A program made the position numbers and the translations under genes. From Flavobacteriales bacterium (lineage in GTDB: Bacteria; Bacteroidota; Bacteroidia; Flavobacteriales_D; JAUILH01): a stretch of 64,000 nucleotides of DNA. Under the pieces are notes generated by a model that had not been told where the DNA came from, did not search any database, and saw only the letters and a list, made by a program, of their open reading frames with translations. Positions 30,443 through 39,179 of this stretch are shown here, in pieces; position 1 is the stretch's first letter; each line of letters begins with the position of its first letter. The stretch lies in assembly GCA_964230025.1 (NCBI GenBank), contig CAXRFO010000018.1:287824-351823 (forward strand). The letters run 5' to 3'.

Positions 30443-30470
30443 AAAAGCCCGATCAAATGACCGGGCTTTT
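30443..30470. terminator. Bidirectional intrinsic terminator
   Basis: AAAAGCCCGATCA-AA-TGACCGGGCTTTT between convergent genes. Confidence 0.8.
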
Positions 30471-30489
30471 CTGCATGATATTATTTGTA

Positions 30490-33222
30490 CTATTTAAATA
30501 CAATGGTCATTTCAACCCTTCGGTTTTTCTGACGACCTTCTTTCGTGTTGTTGTCCGCTATTGGTTTTTCTTCACCAAAGAACATAACAATCATGTGCTC
30601 CTCAGGCACACCTCTTTGATTTAGGTAAGTCGCCACTGCTTGCGCTCTTTGTTTAGAAAGAATCAGGTTGTTTTGAGCGGCACCTACATTATCCGTATGA
30701 CCAACTATTTCAAGCAACCAGTCCGGTTTTCTAACTAAAAGAGAAGCTAAACTATCTAATGATTCATGAGAGCTTTCTTTAATTACAGACTTTCCTGTTT
30801 CGAACTCTAGGTTTTCAAAAGCAGCATTAATAATTGCTAGATCAACCTCTTCAATCACTGGACAACCATTGTTGTCAACTGGTCCAGGAGTGTTTACACA
30901 TTCATCATCTTTATCCTTCACACCATCACCATCAGTATCTGTATAAGGACAACCTTTGTTAGCTTTTGGCCCAGGATTTAATGGACATTCATCATCTTTA
31001 TCGAGAATCCCATCTTCATCAGTATCAGGCCAAGGACAACCTCCGTTTTCCTTAGGACCTGCTTTTTCTGGGCAATTATCTAGGAAGTCAAAAATTCCAT
31101 CCTTATCCGTGTCTGGACAACCTTGATTTTCCAGCGGCCCGGCATCATCTGGACATAAATCGTCAATATCAATGATTTTATCTCCGTCTCTATCTGGACA
31201 TCCATTAAACTCTTTAGTTCCGGCATCATTTGGACAATCATCTTCTTTATCCATGATACCATCTCCATCTTGATCAGGACAGCCATTGAACTCCGCTAAA
31301 CCAGCTTCCTCAGGACAATCATCTTCTTTGTCCATAATGCCATCACCATCCGTATCCGGACAACCATTAAATTCTTCCAATCCTGCTTCTTCAGGACAAT
31401 CGTCTAATTTGTCTATGATCTTATCTCCATCTGTATCCGGACAACCATTGAACTCAGGAATACCCGCATCATAAATACAGCTATCTTCAGAATCTTGAAT
31501 ATGGTCTCCATCAGTATCTGGACAACCCTTAAATTCCCATACGCCAGGAATGTCAATGCACCCTTCAGCCTTTTTATCACCACTTTTCTCGCGAATTTCT
31601 TTTCTGTGTTTCTTCTCAACTTTGTCAGAAACCTTATCACCATCACGATCTTTTGGCGTTTTATATAAAATTGGAATTCTAACACCACCATAGATTTCTG
31701 CCCCCATTAAATTCTTATCCTTGGTAGGAGCGAAGAAAGGCTTTAGGTCTCCAGTGCCAACGAAAAATGGACCAAACCTAAGGGATGTACCTACTCTTAA
31801 TCCCATGAACTGGCTCCAAGATATAGGTACGGCAGCACCCACCCATTTATTATCATACCTAGGTGATATTGAAAGATAGCTATTGTAATGTACTTTATTC
31901 TCGTTTCTCTTACTTGTAAGATTGATTAGCGAATTAAAATTTACATATAAATCTTTGAAAACCATGTAATCCAAATCGATAACCATATTCGTTGGAAGGG
32001 TCATTCGATAAAAACTCGGATTGTCTGGAGAAAAGGTTAACTGCCCACTATCTGCAAGTGCAACAATTGTAGAATCGAATGATCTAGGACCCGCTATATT
32101 ATCAAAGACAGCCATATCCAATACATTAGCTCTCATGGAGAAATCTCTACTAAGCTCTCCTTTGTCGTATCTCATCCCGCCAATATCATTGAAAGAAAGT
32201 GCTGCTCTAAATAGATATTTATTCTCATCTCTTTTCCAAAGGTCAGTTTCACCATCCATATCGTATTTGTAATCTTCAAAATTTGGACGATACTCATATA
32301 CACCACCTATATCAACTCCAACACCTAACCTAGATCCTGTCTGCATAAGGGTACCAATTGCTTTTACGGGGTTATCTTTCCATTGTGCTTCTAAATCTTC
32401 AAATGAAACCTCATTGTCCAATGCCTCAACTAAAGAACCCAGATTATCTGAATAACCATAGTTAAAATCACCCGTAATGTAGGCCGCAGTATCCGCATTA
32501 TCAAAATTGTAATCTACATTATCGGTATAAAGATATGCAGACCCTAATCCTTTAAGGAGCTTAATACGACCTCCTCCCTTAATAAAGTGTTCTCCCTGAT
32601 TATAGAAAACTTGAGCATAACTTGCATGAAACTCCATCCAAGAATTAAACGAGAGATTCAAAAGTTGGTCACTTAGATCCAAGTTGTGCAGAGATGGCAC
32701 TTCTAATTCATTAACAGATAATGATATTACCTCTGGAGCTATATGGTCTATATTGACAAAATTTCTTTGGCGAATTCCAAAACCTATCGACCTGGTTTCA
32801 CTAATTGAAATCAAGGTATTGAATAAATCGATATCATTGTTAAGCGATACTTTTCTCGCCACGTTATCATCATCTATGGTGAAAAAGTTGGCTCCATTGG
32901 CCCTGAAGTAATCAACAGAATCCTGATCAACGACTATTTTTCCAAAATTAGGATGACCTGTCCAAGTTGTATCTTTAAAAGAAGAATACCAACCAGAGGG
33001 CATGTTCATTGTATTCATAAACATATGGTTGTTGTATCCGGCTAGAGAGAAACCTCCTAGCACAACATCAACCTTATATCTATTATCCGCAAGAAATCCT
33101 ACGTTCGAATTTCCCTGAATAACGCCCGAATAGTTAAATTGAGATAATCCAAAATAACTTTGACCAAATGCACTAACAATTGACAATATCATCAATGGTA
33201 AGAGAAGTAACTTTTTCTTCAT
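30490..33222 (-). CDS. Outer-membrane beta-barrel (DUF5723-like) + thrombospondin type 3 repeats + OmpA peptidoglycan-binding domain
   Basis: Signal peptide, beta-rich N-terminal region, DxDxDGxxDxxDxCP repeats, GHTDN...LSKQRA...NRRVE. Confidence 0.9.
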   Translation of the reverse strand: MKKKLLLLPLMILSIVSAFGQSYFGLSQFNYSGVIQGNSNVGFLADNRYKVDVVLGGFSLAGYNNHMFMNTMNMPSGWYSSFKDTTWTGHPNFGKIVVDQDSVDYFRANGANFFTIDDDNVARKVSLNNDIDLFNTLISISETRSIGFGIRQRNFVNIDHIAPEVISLSVNELEVPSLHNLDLSDQLLNLSFNSWMEFHASYAQVFYNQGEHFIKGGGRIKLLKGLGSAYLYTDNVDYNFDNADTAAYITGDFNYGYSDNLGSLVEALDNEVSFEDLEAQWKDNPVKAIGTLMQTGSRLGVGVDIGGVYEYRPNFEDYKYDMDGETDLWKRDENKYLFRAALSFNDIGGMRYDKGELSRDFSMRANVLDMAVFDNIAGPRSFDSTIVALADSGQLTFSPDNPSFYRMTLPTNMVIDLDYMVFKDLYVNFNSLINLTSKRNENKVHYNSYLSISPRYDNKWVGAAVPISWSQFMGLRVGTSLRFGPFFVGTGDLKPFFAPTKDKNLMGAEIYGGVRIPILYKTPKDRDGDKVSDKVEKKHRKEIREKSGDKKAEGCIDIPGVWEFKGCPDTDGDHIQDSEDSCIYDAGIPEFNGCPDTDGDKIIDKLDDCPEEAGLEEFNGCPDTDGDGIMDKEDDCPEEAGLAEFNGCPDQDGDGIMDKEDDCPNDAGTKEFNGCPDRDGDKIIDIDDLCPDDAGPLENQGCPDTDKDGIFDFLDNCPEKAGPKENGGCPWPDTDEDGILDKDDECPLNPGPKANKGCPYTDTDGDGVKDKDDECVNTPGPVDNNGCPVIEEVDLAIINAAFENLEFETGKSVIKESSHESLDSLASLLVRKPDWLLEIVGHTDNVGAAQNNLILSKQRAQAVATYLNQRGVPEEHMIVMFFGEEKPIADNNTKEGRQKNRRVEMTIVFK
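30858..31650 (-). repeat. Coding tandem repeats (TSP3, about 81 bp / 27 aa): eight complete units and one interrupted unit
   Basis: Recurring GGACAACC/GGACAATC on the plus strand, corresponding to GCP/DCP; DTDGD..DKEDDCPEEAG.EFNGCP units. Confidence 0.9.
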
Positions 33223-33466
33223 ACGAAACGGTTTTGTGTTTTGCTAAGTTAAGAGTATGATTTAAACTATTGGCACAGAATATACCAACATACTTGAAGT
33301 CCTGACTAACTATTTTATTCAAGGCCTAAACAGGATTAGCTGAATGATAAACGCACTTTAGCTTAAGATTAATGATGTTTACACTCTGAAAAAACTTAAA
33401 CCATCAGATTCATTGGGATTAAACCAATTAATTGAATTAGTGTTTTTATAATTTAATAACTAAAAT

Positions 33467-34051
33467 TTACTCAAAAACTAATTTCCCACTGACCACAATC
33501 TCATCATTAATCCATTTGAATATAAAATAGCCTTCCCCAATTAGACCCTTGGATAAAATCAATGTTTCTTCGTCAAACATCTCATACTGATAAACTAAAT
33601 CACCACTTAAAGAGTATATGTTAAGCGTCCCATATCCTAATTCAGGACTTACACTAAAAGTCATCTGGTTATTACTGGGATTGGGAAAAACAGCATAAGA
33701 ATTCTCATACCGAATTACTTGAACATACTGAATACTAGAGAATCCTTGTGTACCCAATGCTAGCCGATAGTAGTTGATATTTCCGAGTTCCGGTTCAACA
33801 TCATTAAAATCGTAGAATTGAGGTTCTGAAGCTCCACATACTCCCTGAATCTCTCCAATTTTAACCCAATTAACACTATCTATAGAACGATAAATATTAA
33901 TCCCATTACATTGTTCACCCCCTTTTATAGTCCAAGCCAAAACAACTTCACTACCTGTATACTGGGCCGTAAACTTGCTTAAAATAGCATGCTCTTGACC
34001 AAAACCGGTTAATCCGATGAAAGTTAATATCAGCAAAAACAAGGCTCGCAT
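33467..34051 (-). CDS. Small T9SS type A sorting-domain protein
   Basis: Signal peptide, LSKFTA...LAW...YYRL...FS Ig-like domain, VFPNPS...IYSLSG...GYF C-terminal domain. Confidence 0.78.
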   Translation of the reverse strand: MRALFLLILTFIGLTGFGQEHAILSKFTAQYTGSEVVLAWTIKGGEQCNGINIYRSIDSVNWVKIGEIQGVCGASEPQFYDFNDVEPELGNINYYRLALGTQGFSSIQYVQVIRYENSYAVFPNPSNNQMTFSVSPELGYGTLNIYSLSGDLVYQYEMFDEETLILSKGLIGEGYFIFKWINDEIVVSGKLVFE

Positions 34052-34073
34052 ACTTAACAAAACTACTTAAATA

Positions 34074-34760
34074 TCAGATTATTGTCAAGAAGGCATCCCA
34101 TAGATTATCTGGAGGTGTGGGGCATATAATTTGCATCTTTTCCTTCTTAACAGGATGTTCAAAAACCACCTTTCTCGCATGCAAATGAATACTTGCATTT
34201 GGGTTTGAACGATCAAAGCCATATTTTAAATCACCTTTTATAGGGCAACCCATTGCACTTAACTGAACTCTTATTTGATGATGGCGCCCAGTTTTAGGAT
34301 CTATTTCGAGTAAATGATACTTATCTGAAGACGCTATTAATCTATAGTTTAAAATTGATTCTTTAGCATCAGGCGTGGCTTTTTTATAAGCTAGTGATTT
34401 ATTCCTTTTTTGATCCTTCCGTAAATAATGTTTGAGTGTCCCTAATGGGGAAGGGGGAGCATTCTTTACGACTGCCCAATATGTTTTTTGAATGCTCTTT
34501 TCTTGGAACATTTTATTCATTCGACTCAGTGCTTTACTTGTTTTTGCAAATAATACAACACCCGAAACAGGACGATCAATTCGGTGAATAACACCAAGAA
34601 AAACAGCACCCGGTTTGTTGTACTTTATTTTTAAGTACTCTTTAACAATTTCGGATAAGGGCTTGTCGCCCGTTTTATCGCCTTGAACTATGTCAGATGG
34701 GTGCTTAAATACTGCAATCAAATGATTGTCTTCATAAAGAACTCGATCGTCGGTTAACAT
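34074..34760 (-). CDS. RluA family pseudouridine synthase
   Basis: HRIDRPVSG, TGRHHQIR, GDLKYG, HLHA. Confidence 0.93.
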   Translation of the reverse strand: MLTDDRVLYEDNHLIAVFKHPSDIVQGDKTGDKPLSEIVKEYLKIKYNKPGAVFLGVIHRIDRPVSGVVLFAKTSKALSRMNKMFQEKSIQKTYWAVVKNAPPSPLGTLKHYLRKDQKRNKSLAYKKATPDAKESILNYRLIASSDKYHLLEIDPKTGRHHQIRVQLSAMGCPIKGDLKYGFDRSNPNASIHLHARKVVFEHPVKKEKMQIICPTPPDNLWDAFLTII

Positions 34761-35575
34761 TAGTACTGTTCTTTATCGCTTGGAAAGTCTTCAGACTTAA
34801 CGTCCTTTATGTAAGCTCCGACAGCTCCTTTCATTTCTTCATAAAGGTTGTGATATTTTCTAAGGAATCTTGGATTAAAGTCATTGTTTATTCCTAACAT
34901 GTCGTGTGTCACTAGGACTTGACCGTCTACGCCCGCTCCGGCACCAATTCCAATGATTGGAATATTCACGGATGAGGCAACCTCCTTGGCAAGTTTTGCA
35001 GGGATTTTTTCCAACACTATTGCAAAACAACCGGCTTCCTCTAAAAGCTTGGCGTCTTCCTTTAATCTTTGAGCCTCTTCCTCTTCCTTTGCTCTTACCA
35101 CATAGGTCCCGAACTTATAAATACTTTGAGGAGTCAATCCCAAGTGTCCCATAACAGGGATCCCCGCAGATAAAATACGAGCAATGCTTTCTTCAATTTC
35201 TCTTCCACCTTCCAGTTTTACAGCATGAGCGCCACTCGCTTTCATTATTTTTATGGCCGATTGCAAAGCTTCTTTGGAATTACCTTGATAGGTACCAAAT
35301 GGGAGATCAACTACAATAAGTGCTCTATTGACACCGCGTACAACTGAAGATGCGTGATAAATCATTTCATCCAAGGTAATCGGCAAAGTTGTTTCATGTC
35401 CTGCCATGACATTTGAGGCAGAATCTCCCACTAAAATTACGTCAATACCGGCGGCATCCACTATTTTAGCCATAGAGAAATCATAAGCTGTGAGCATTGA
35501 AATTTTTTCGCCTTTCAACTTCATTTCCTGAAGCACATGTGTTGTTACTCGTTTAATTTCTTTGTTAACCGACAT
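34760..35575 (-). CDS. panB: 3-methyl-2-oxobutanoate hydroxymethyltransferase
   Basis: [38 protein letters not shown]. Confidence 0.97.
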   Translation of the reverse strand: MSVNKEIKRVTTHVLQEMKLKGEKISMLTAYDFSMAKIVDAAGIDVILVGDSASNVMAGHETTLPITLDEMIYHASSVVRGVNRALIVVDLPFGTYQGNSKEALQSAIKIMKASGAHAVKLEGGREIEESIARILSAGIPVMGHLGLTPQSIYKFGTYVVRAKEEEEAQRLKEDAKLLEEAGCFAIVLEKIPAKLAKEVASSVNIPIIGIGAGAGVDGQVLVTHDMLGINNDFNPRFLRKYHNLYEEMKGAVGAYIKDVKSEDFPSDKEQY

Positions 35576-35661
35576 ATCTTATATTTGTGGGAACAAATCT
35601 AGTTAATCTTAAATTAAAAATAGGGATTGTTACTCACCGAAAGGTGGTTATTAAGTAAGTA

Positions 35662-36525
35662 TTGGAAGAAAAGCAAAAAAATCTACGTCCATGGCAACAA
35701 AAGCTTCATACAGTAATTTATGAGGCCGATACGCCAGCAGGTAAATTTTTTGATGTAGCACTTCTTATTGCAATCTTATTGAGTATTCTTATAGTAATGC
35801 TTGAAAGTGTTGAAGACATTAACGAGCAATATGGAAACTTCTTTTACACTGCAGAATGGGTCCTTACAGGTCTCTTCACACTTGAATACATTCTAAGAAT
35901 TGTTTCTATCAAAAGTCCATCAAAATATATTTTTAGCTTCTATGGAGTAATTGATTTACTCAGCATCTTACCAACCTTCCTTGAACTAATATTCATCGGA
36001 CAGGGGACGAGAAGTTTAATGGTAATTAGAAGTTTAAGACTGGTGCGCGTTTTCAGAGTATTTAAGCTTGGACGCAACCTGGGGGAAGGAGCGATCATGC
36101 TCAATGCCCTCAAGAAAAGCATTCCAAAAATTACCGTTTTCCTAATATTCATTCTTAGTCTATGTTTGATATTAGGAACCGTCATGTACATCATTGAAAC
36201 GCCAGAACAAGGTTTTACATCTATACCTAGAAGTATTTATTGGGCTATAGTCACATTAACAACAGTGGGATATGGAGATATAAGTCCTGCCACAGCACTG
36301 GGACAAACGATTGCGAGTGTAATAATGATAATGGGTTATGCAATAATTGCTGTACCTACAGGTATAGTTAGCAATGATTTAATCAACAATGCATCTTTTG
36401 GAAGGAAAAAGCTTCATACTACTCAGAGCTGTCCTAATTGCTCCCAAGAAGGTCATGATTATGATGCTGATTATTGCAAGTATTGTGGGGATTATCTCCA
36501 CCCAGAAAAACTACCTAATTCTTAG
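35662..36525 (+). CDS. Voltage-gated potassium channel (6TM ion transporter)
   Basis: S4 RSLRLVRVFRVFK, filter TTVGYGD, C-terminal CPNC...CKYC zinc ribbon. Confidence 0.92.
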   Translation: MEEKQKNLRPWQQKLHTVIYEADTPAGKFFDVALLIAILLSILIVMLESVEDINEQYGNFFYTAEWVLTGLFTLEYILRIVSIKSPSKYIFSFYGVIDLLSILPTFLELIFIGQGTRSLMVIRSLRLVRVFRVFKLGRNLGEGAIMLNALKKSIPKITVFLIFILSLCLILGTVMYIIETPEQGFTSIPRSIYWAIVTLTTVGYGDISPATALGQTIASVIMIMGYAIIAVPTGIVSNDLINNASFGRKKLHTTQSCPNCSQEGHDYDADYCKYCGDYLHPEKLPNS

Positions 36526-37488
36526 CTTCTGACCAATTTGTAAAGTAGCATCTCGACTTATACCATTTAATCGACAAAGATTATCGACCGTGGTTCCGTA
36601 TCGTCTTGAGATAGCCCAGAGATTATCCCCTGACTGGACATAGTAATAACCATTGGCACTAGCATTGGTTCCCCTTGAATTGTATGTTTTACCTGGCTGC
36701 GGTTTCCTGAAATCTTGATAAGAAAGCTTTTTGTAATAAAACATATCTGACTTAATCGTTAAATTACAGTCTTGAATTACTCCTTTATCAAAATCAAAAA
36801 CTTCTTCTGGATTTAAAGCGTTGTCATAAAATCTTACCTCAAAATGCAAATGTGGTCCGTATGCACGCCCTGTTTTACCACCTTGCCCAAGCAGATCTCC
36901 AGCATTAACGATTTGATTCGGTTGAACATTTATCTTGTTCAAGTGAGCATAGTAGGTCTCTAAACCATTAAAATGTCTAACGATTACAAGGTTTCCATAG
37001 CCATGACTGTTATATTTAGCGTATCTAACGACACCATCAAAAGCTGAAACTACGGTATCTCCAATATTTAAATCCAAGTCAACACCCTTATGCATCCTTG
37101 AACCTCTGTATTTGAAGCCTGAAGTAAGAACTCCTGGAACTGGGGTTGCATACTTACTGTGAATAGAATCTGTAAGACAAATCCAGATACTATCTTTCAT
37201 ATTTCTTAAATTATTCGCGTTGGTAAAACACATATCGTTGTTCCACCATGTATAGAATTTGAATGAAGTATCCGTCGTTACTAATTCGTGTAATTCACAG
37301 TTAGTTATACCATCAAAATCATCCCAGATTATTGGCTCAATAATCATTGTAGCAGTATCCCCAAGCTCCTCGCTATTGTTAATAACTTCAGATGACAAGG
37401 CAAGGTCTAAACTATCTTTTCCTGTAGCAAAAACTTCTACAGGCACTGTAATAGTTAGCATTAAAATTGAAAGCAAAAAGAATCTCAT
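36511..37488 (-). CDS. M23 peptidase with C-terminal LysM domain
   Basis: HKGVD, YAHL, HLHFE; VQSGDNLWAISRRYG...LQIGQKL. Confidence 0.93.
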   Translation of the reverse strand: MRFFLLSILMLTITVPVEVFATGKDSLDLALSSEVINNSEELGDTATMIIEPIIWDDFDGITNCELHELVTTDTSFKFYTWWNNDMCFTNANNLRNMKDSIWICLTDSIHSKYATPVPGVLTSGFKYRGSRMHKGVDLDLNIGDTVVSAFDGVVRYAKYNSHGYGNLVIVRHFNGLETYYAHLNKINVQPNQIVNAGDLLGQGGKTGRAYGPHLHFEVRFYDNALNPEEVFDFDKGVIQDCNLTIKSDMFYYKKLSYQDFRKPQPGKTYNSRGTNASANGYYYVQSGDNLWAISRRYGTTVDNLCRLNGISRDATLQIGQKLRIR

Positions 37489-37614
37489 ATCTTTTGTTTT
37501 GCGAGGACGAATATACAATTTTCAAAATAATCAACATTTATTAAGTGATAGCACTTAGTGAATGGGCGACCTCAACGGGTGAAAGTTTGTTTCTTTTTTT
37601 AGATATTTGAATCT

Positions 37615-38133
37615 ATGAAAAATCTTTTACTGGCTGCCATAGCGGCATCTATAATATCTTGTTCTGAATCTAAAACAGGCGCTAAGGCAGAGAATGTAAC
37701 CGAAAATGAAAGTCGCCCTTCCAGAAGCTATGATACAAGCTACAATTTCATGAACTCAATCGATTATGACGCCGATGAATATGGTATGAAGAAATATATC
37801 ATGGCTTTTCTCAAAATGGGACCAAATAGGAGCTCGGATAGCACAGAAGCCGCTCAACTTCAAATGGCGCATATGGCAAATATTGAGCGCATGGCTGAGG
37901 AAGGAAAGCTGGTATTGGCAGGGCCTTTCTTTGGTGGGGATAGTCTGAGAGGTATTTACATTTTTAACGTCAACTCTATTGAAGAAGCTGAAGCTTTAAC
38001 AAACTCAGATCCAGCGATACAAGCAGGGAGTTTACAAATGGAGTTAAAAGAATGGTATGGTAGTGCTGCTTTGATGGCCTTAAATCCAATACATAATCAT
38101 ATCGCTAAAAAGTCAATTACAGAAGAACCGTAA
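37615..38133 (+). CDS. YciI family lipoprotein
   Basis: Lipobox IISC; HMANI...GKLVLAGPF...RGIYIF...DPAI. Confidence 0.85.
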   Translation: MKNLLLAAIAASIISCSESKTGAKAENVTENESRPSRSYDTSYNFMNSIDYDADEYGMKKYIMAFLKMGPNRSSDSTEAAQLQMAHMANIERMAEEGKLVLAGPFFGGDSLRGIYIFNVNSIEEAEALTNSDPAIQAGSLQMELKEWYGSAALMALNPIHNHIAKKSITEEP

Positions 38134-38178
38134 GCATATACGATCTCTATTAAAATAAATTTCCATGTGTATTGCTTG

Positions 38179-38239
38179 ATGTAAAATATTTTATACATTT
38201 GTAAAATATAATTTACATTGTATCAATAATAATTTACAT
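38179..38239. promoter_or_regulatory. Tandem palindromic operator boxes overlapping a promoter
   Basis: ATGTAAAATATTTTATACAT (38179-38198), TTGTAAAATATAATTTACAT (38199-38218) and a third degenerate box ending AATTTACAT (38239). TACATTTG -7 element at 38194-38201. Confidence 0.75.
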
Positions 38240-38240
38240 T

Positions 38241-38687
38241 ATGTCCGTTCAAGAAAAGAAAGCACTGTTTAATTTAATAAGCACCATTTTAATTTTAGGA
38301 GCTTACCTAGCCTATGTATTTGGTATAAATGGGACCGAAAGTATGGCACAAATCAATGAACCTCAATTTTGGGGTAAGTTTATGTTAATGATGGTTGCGG
38401 TCACTATTGTCCTTAAAATTGTGGCCTACATTATATTCTTTATTATTCTAAAAGCAAACAATGAAGAGGAAGATCCAGAATTTATGGATGAGTACGACAA
38501 ACGAATTGAAATGAAGTCTGATCGAAATGCTAATCATTTCTTTATGTTAGGTTTTATGATTTCATGGATTCCACTTGCTCTAGGAAAACCAATATCTTAC
38601 ATGTTTTTTATTTTATTGATTAGCGGTTTTACCTCAGGTATTCTTGGTGATTTGTGGAAGCTCTACTATTATAAAAAAGGGCTGTAA
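38241..38687 (+). CDS. 4-TM membrane protein (DUF2178-like)
   Basis: Four hydrophobic segments, central DEYDKRIEMKS motif, C-terminal YYYKKG. Confidence 0.75.
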   Translation: MSVQEKKALFNLISTILILGAYLAYVFGINGTESMAQINEPQFWGKFMLMMVAVTIVLKIVAYIIFFIILKANNEEEDPEFMDEYDKRIEMKSDRNANHFFMLGFMISWIPLALGKPISYMFFILLISGFTSGILGDLWKLYYYKKGL

Positions 38688-38688
38688 A

Positions 38689-38943
38689 ATGAAAGAGCAA
38701 CATATATCCAATGACATAAGGAAACTTAGATTCCTGCATGATGAAATGACACAGCAAGAACTTGCGAATAAAGTAGGTGTTACACGGCAAACCATTGTCG
38801 CTATAGAAAAGGGTAAATACCCGCCGACTTTAGAAATTTCTTTTCGCATAGCTGCAGTATTTAACAAAGGGATTGAAGAAGTCTTTCAATACCATCCCGA
38901 AAATGACAATTTCAACAAGAAAAAAAATAAAGGATGCAAATAA
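38689..38943 (+). CDS. XRE family HTH transcriptional regulator
   Basis: MTQQELANKVGVTRQTIVAIEKGKYPPTLE...IEEVF; ATG 1 bp after the upstream stop. Confidence 0.93.
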   Translation: MKEQHISNDIRKLRFLHDEMTQQELANKVGVTRQTIVAIEKGKYPPTLEISFRIAAVFNKGIEEVFQYHPENDNFNKKKNKGCK

Positions 38944-39149
38944 TCGTCTTAAAAAGTAATTTATCAAGCCATGAGATGGTAGATAGATATGCACCACTTT
39001 TCGAATTAAATGAAAACGTTTATGAATGGAGTGTGGATACTGAAGATAAAGACAAGGTTCTGAGATTAGCATGTAAACAAGGAATAAGCGAAAACGACAT
39101 TATCAGCATGTTTAAACCATTTCAAATTGAATTAAGCGATTTCGAATAA
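38934..39149 (+). CDS. Small hypothetical protein (ferredoxin/HMA-like fold predicted)
   Basis: 71 aa, VLKSN...WSVDTEDKDKVLR; overlaps the end of the XRE gene. Confidence 0.7.
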   Translation: MQIIVLKSNLSSHEMVDRYAPLFELNENVYEWSVDTEDKDKVLRLACKQGISENDIISMFKPFQIELSDFE

Positions 39150-39179
39150 ACATTTCCGTGCGGGCTACGTTAATATGTC

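Noticed and set aside
28378-30470. Integrative element at tRNA-Pro
   Set aside because: No integrase and no convincing duplication of the tRNA 3' end. CATCCCGA near 38893 and 63733 are short matches inside genes.
30858-31650. Regularly spaced DNA repeats resembling a CRISPR or other array
   Set aside because: They are in-frame TSP3 coding repeats with synonymous variation; there are no unique spacers and no cas genes.
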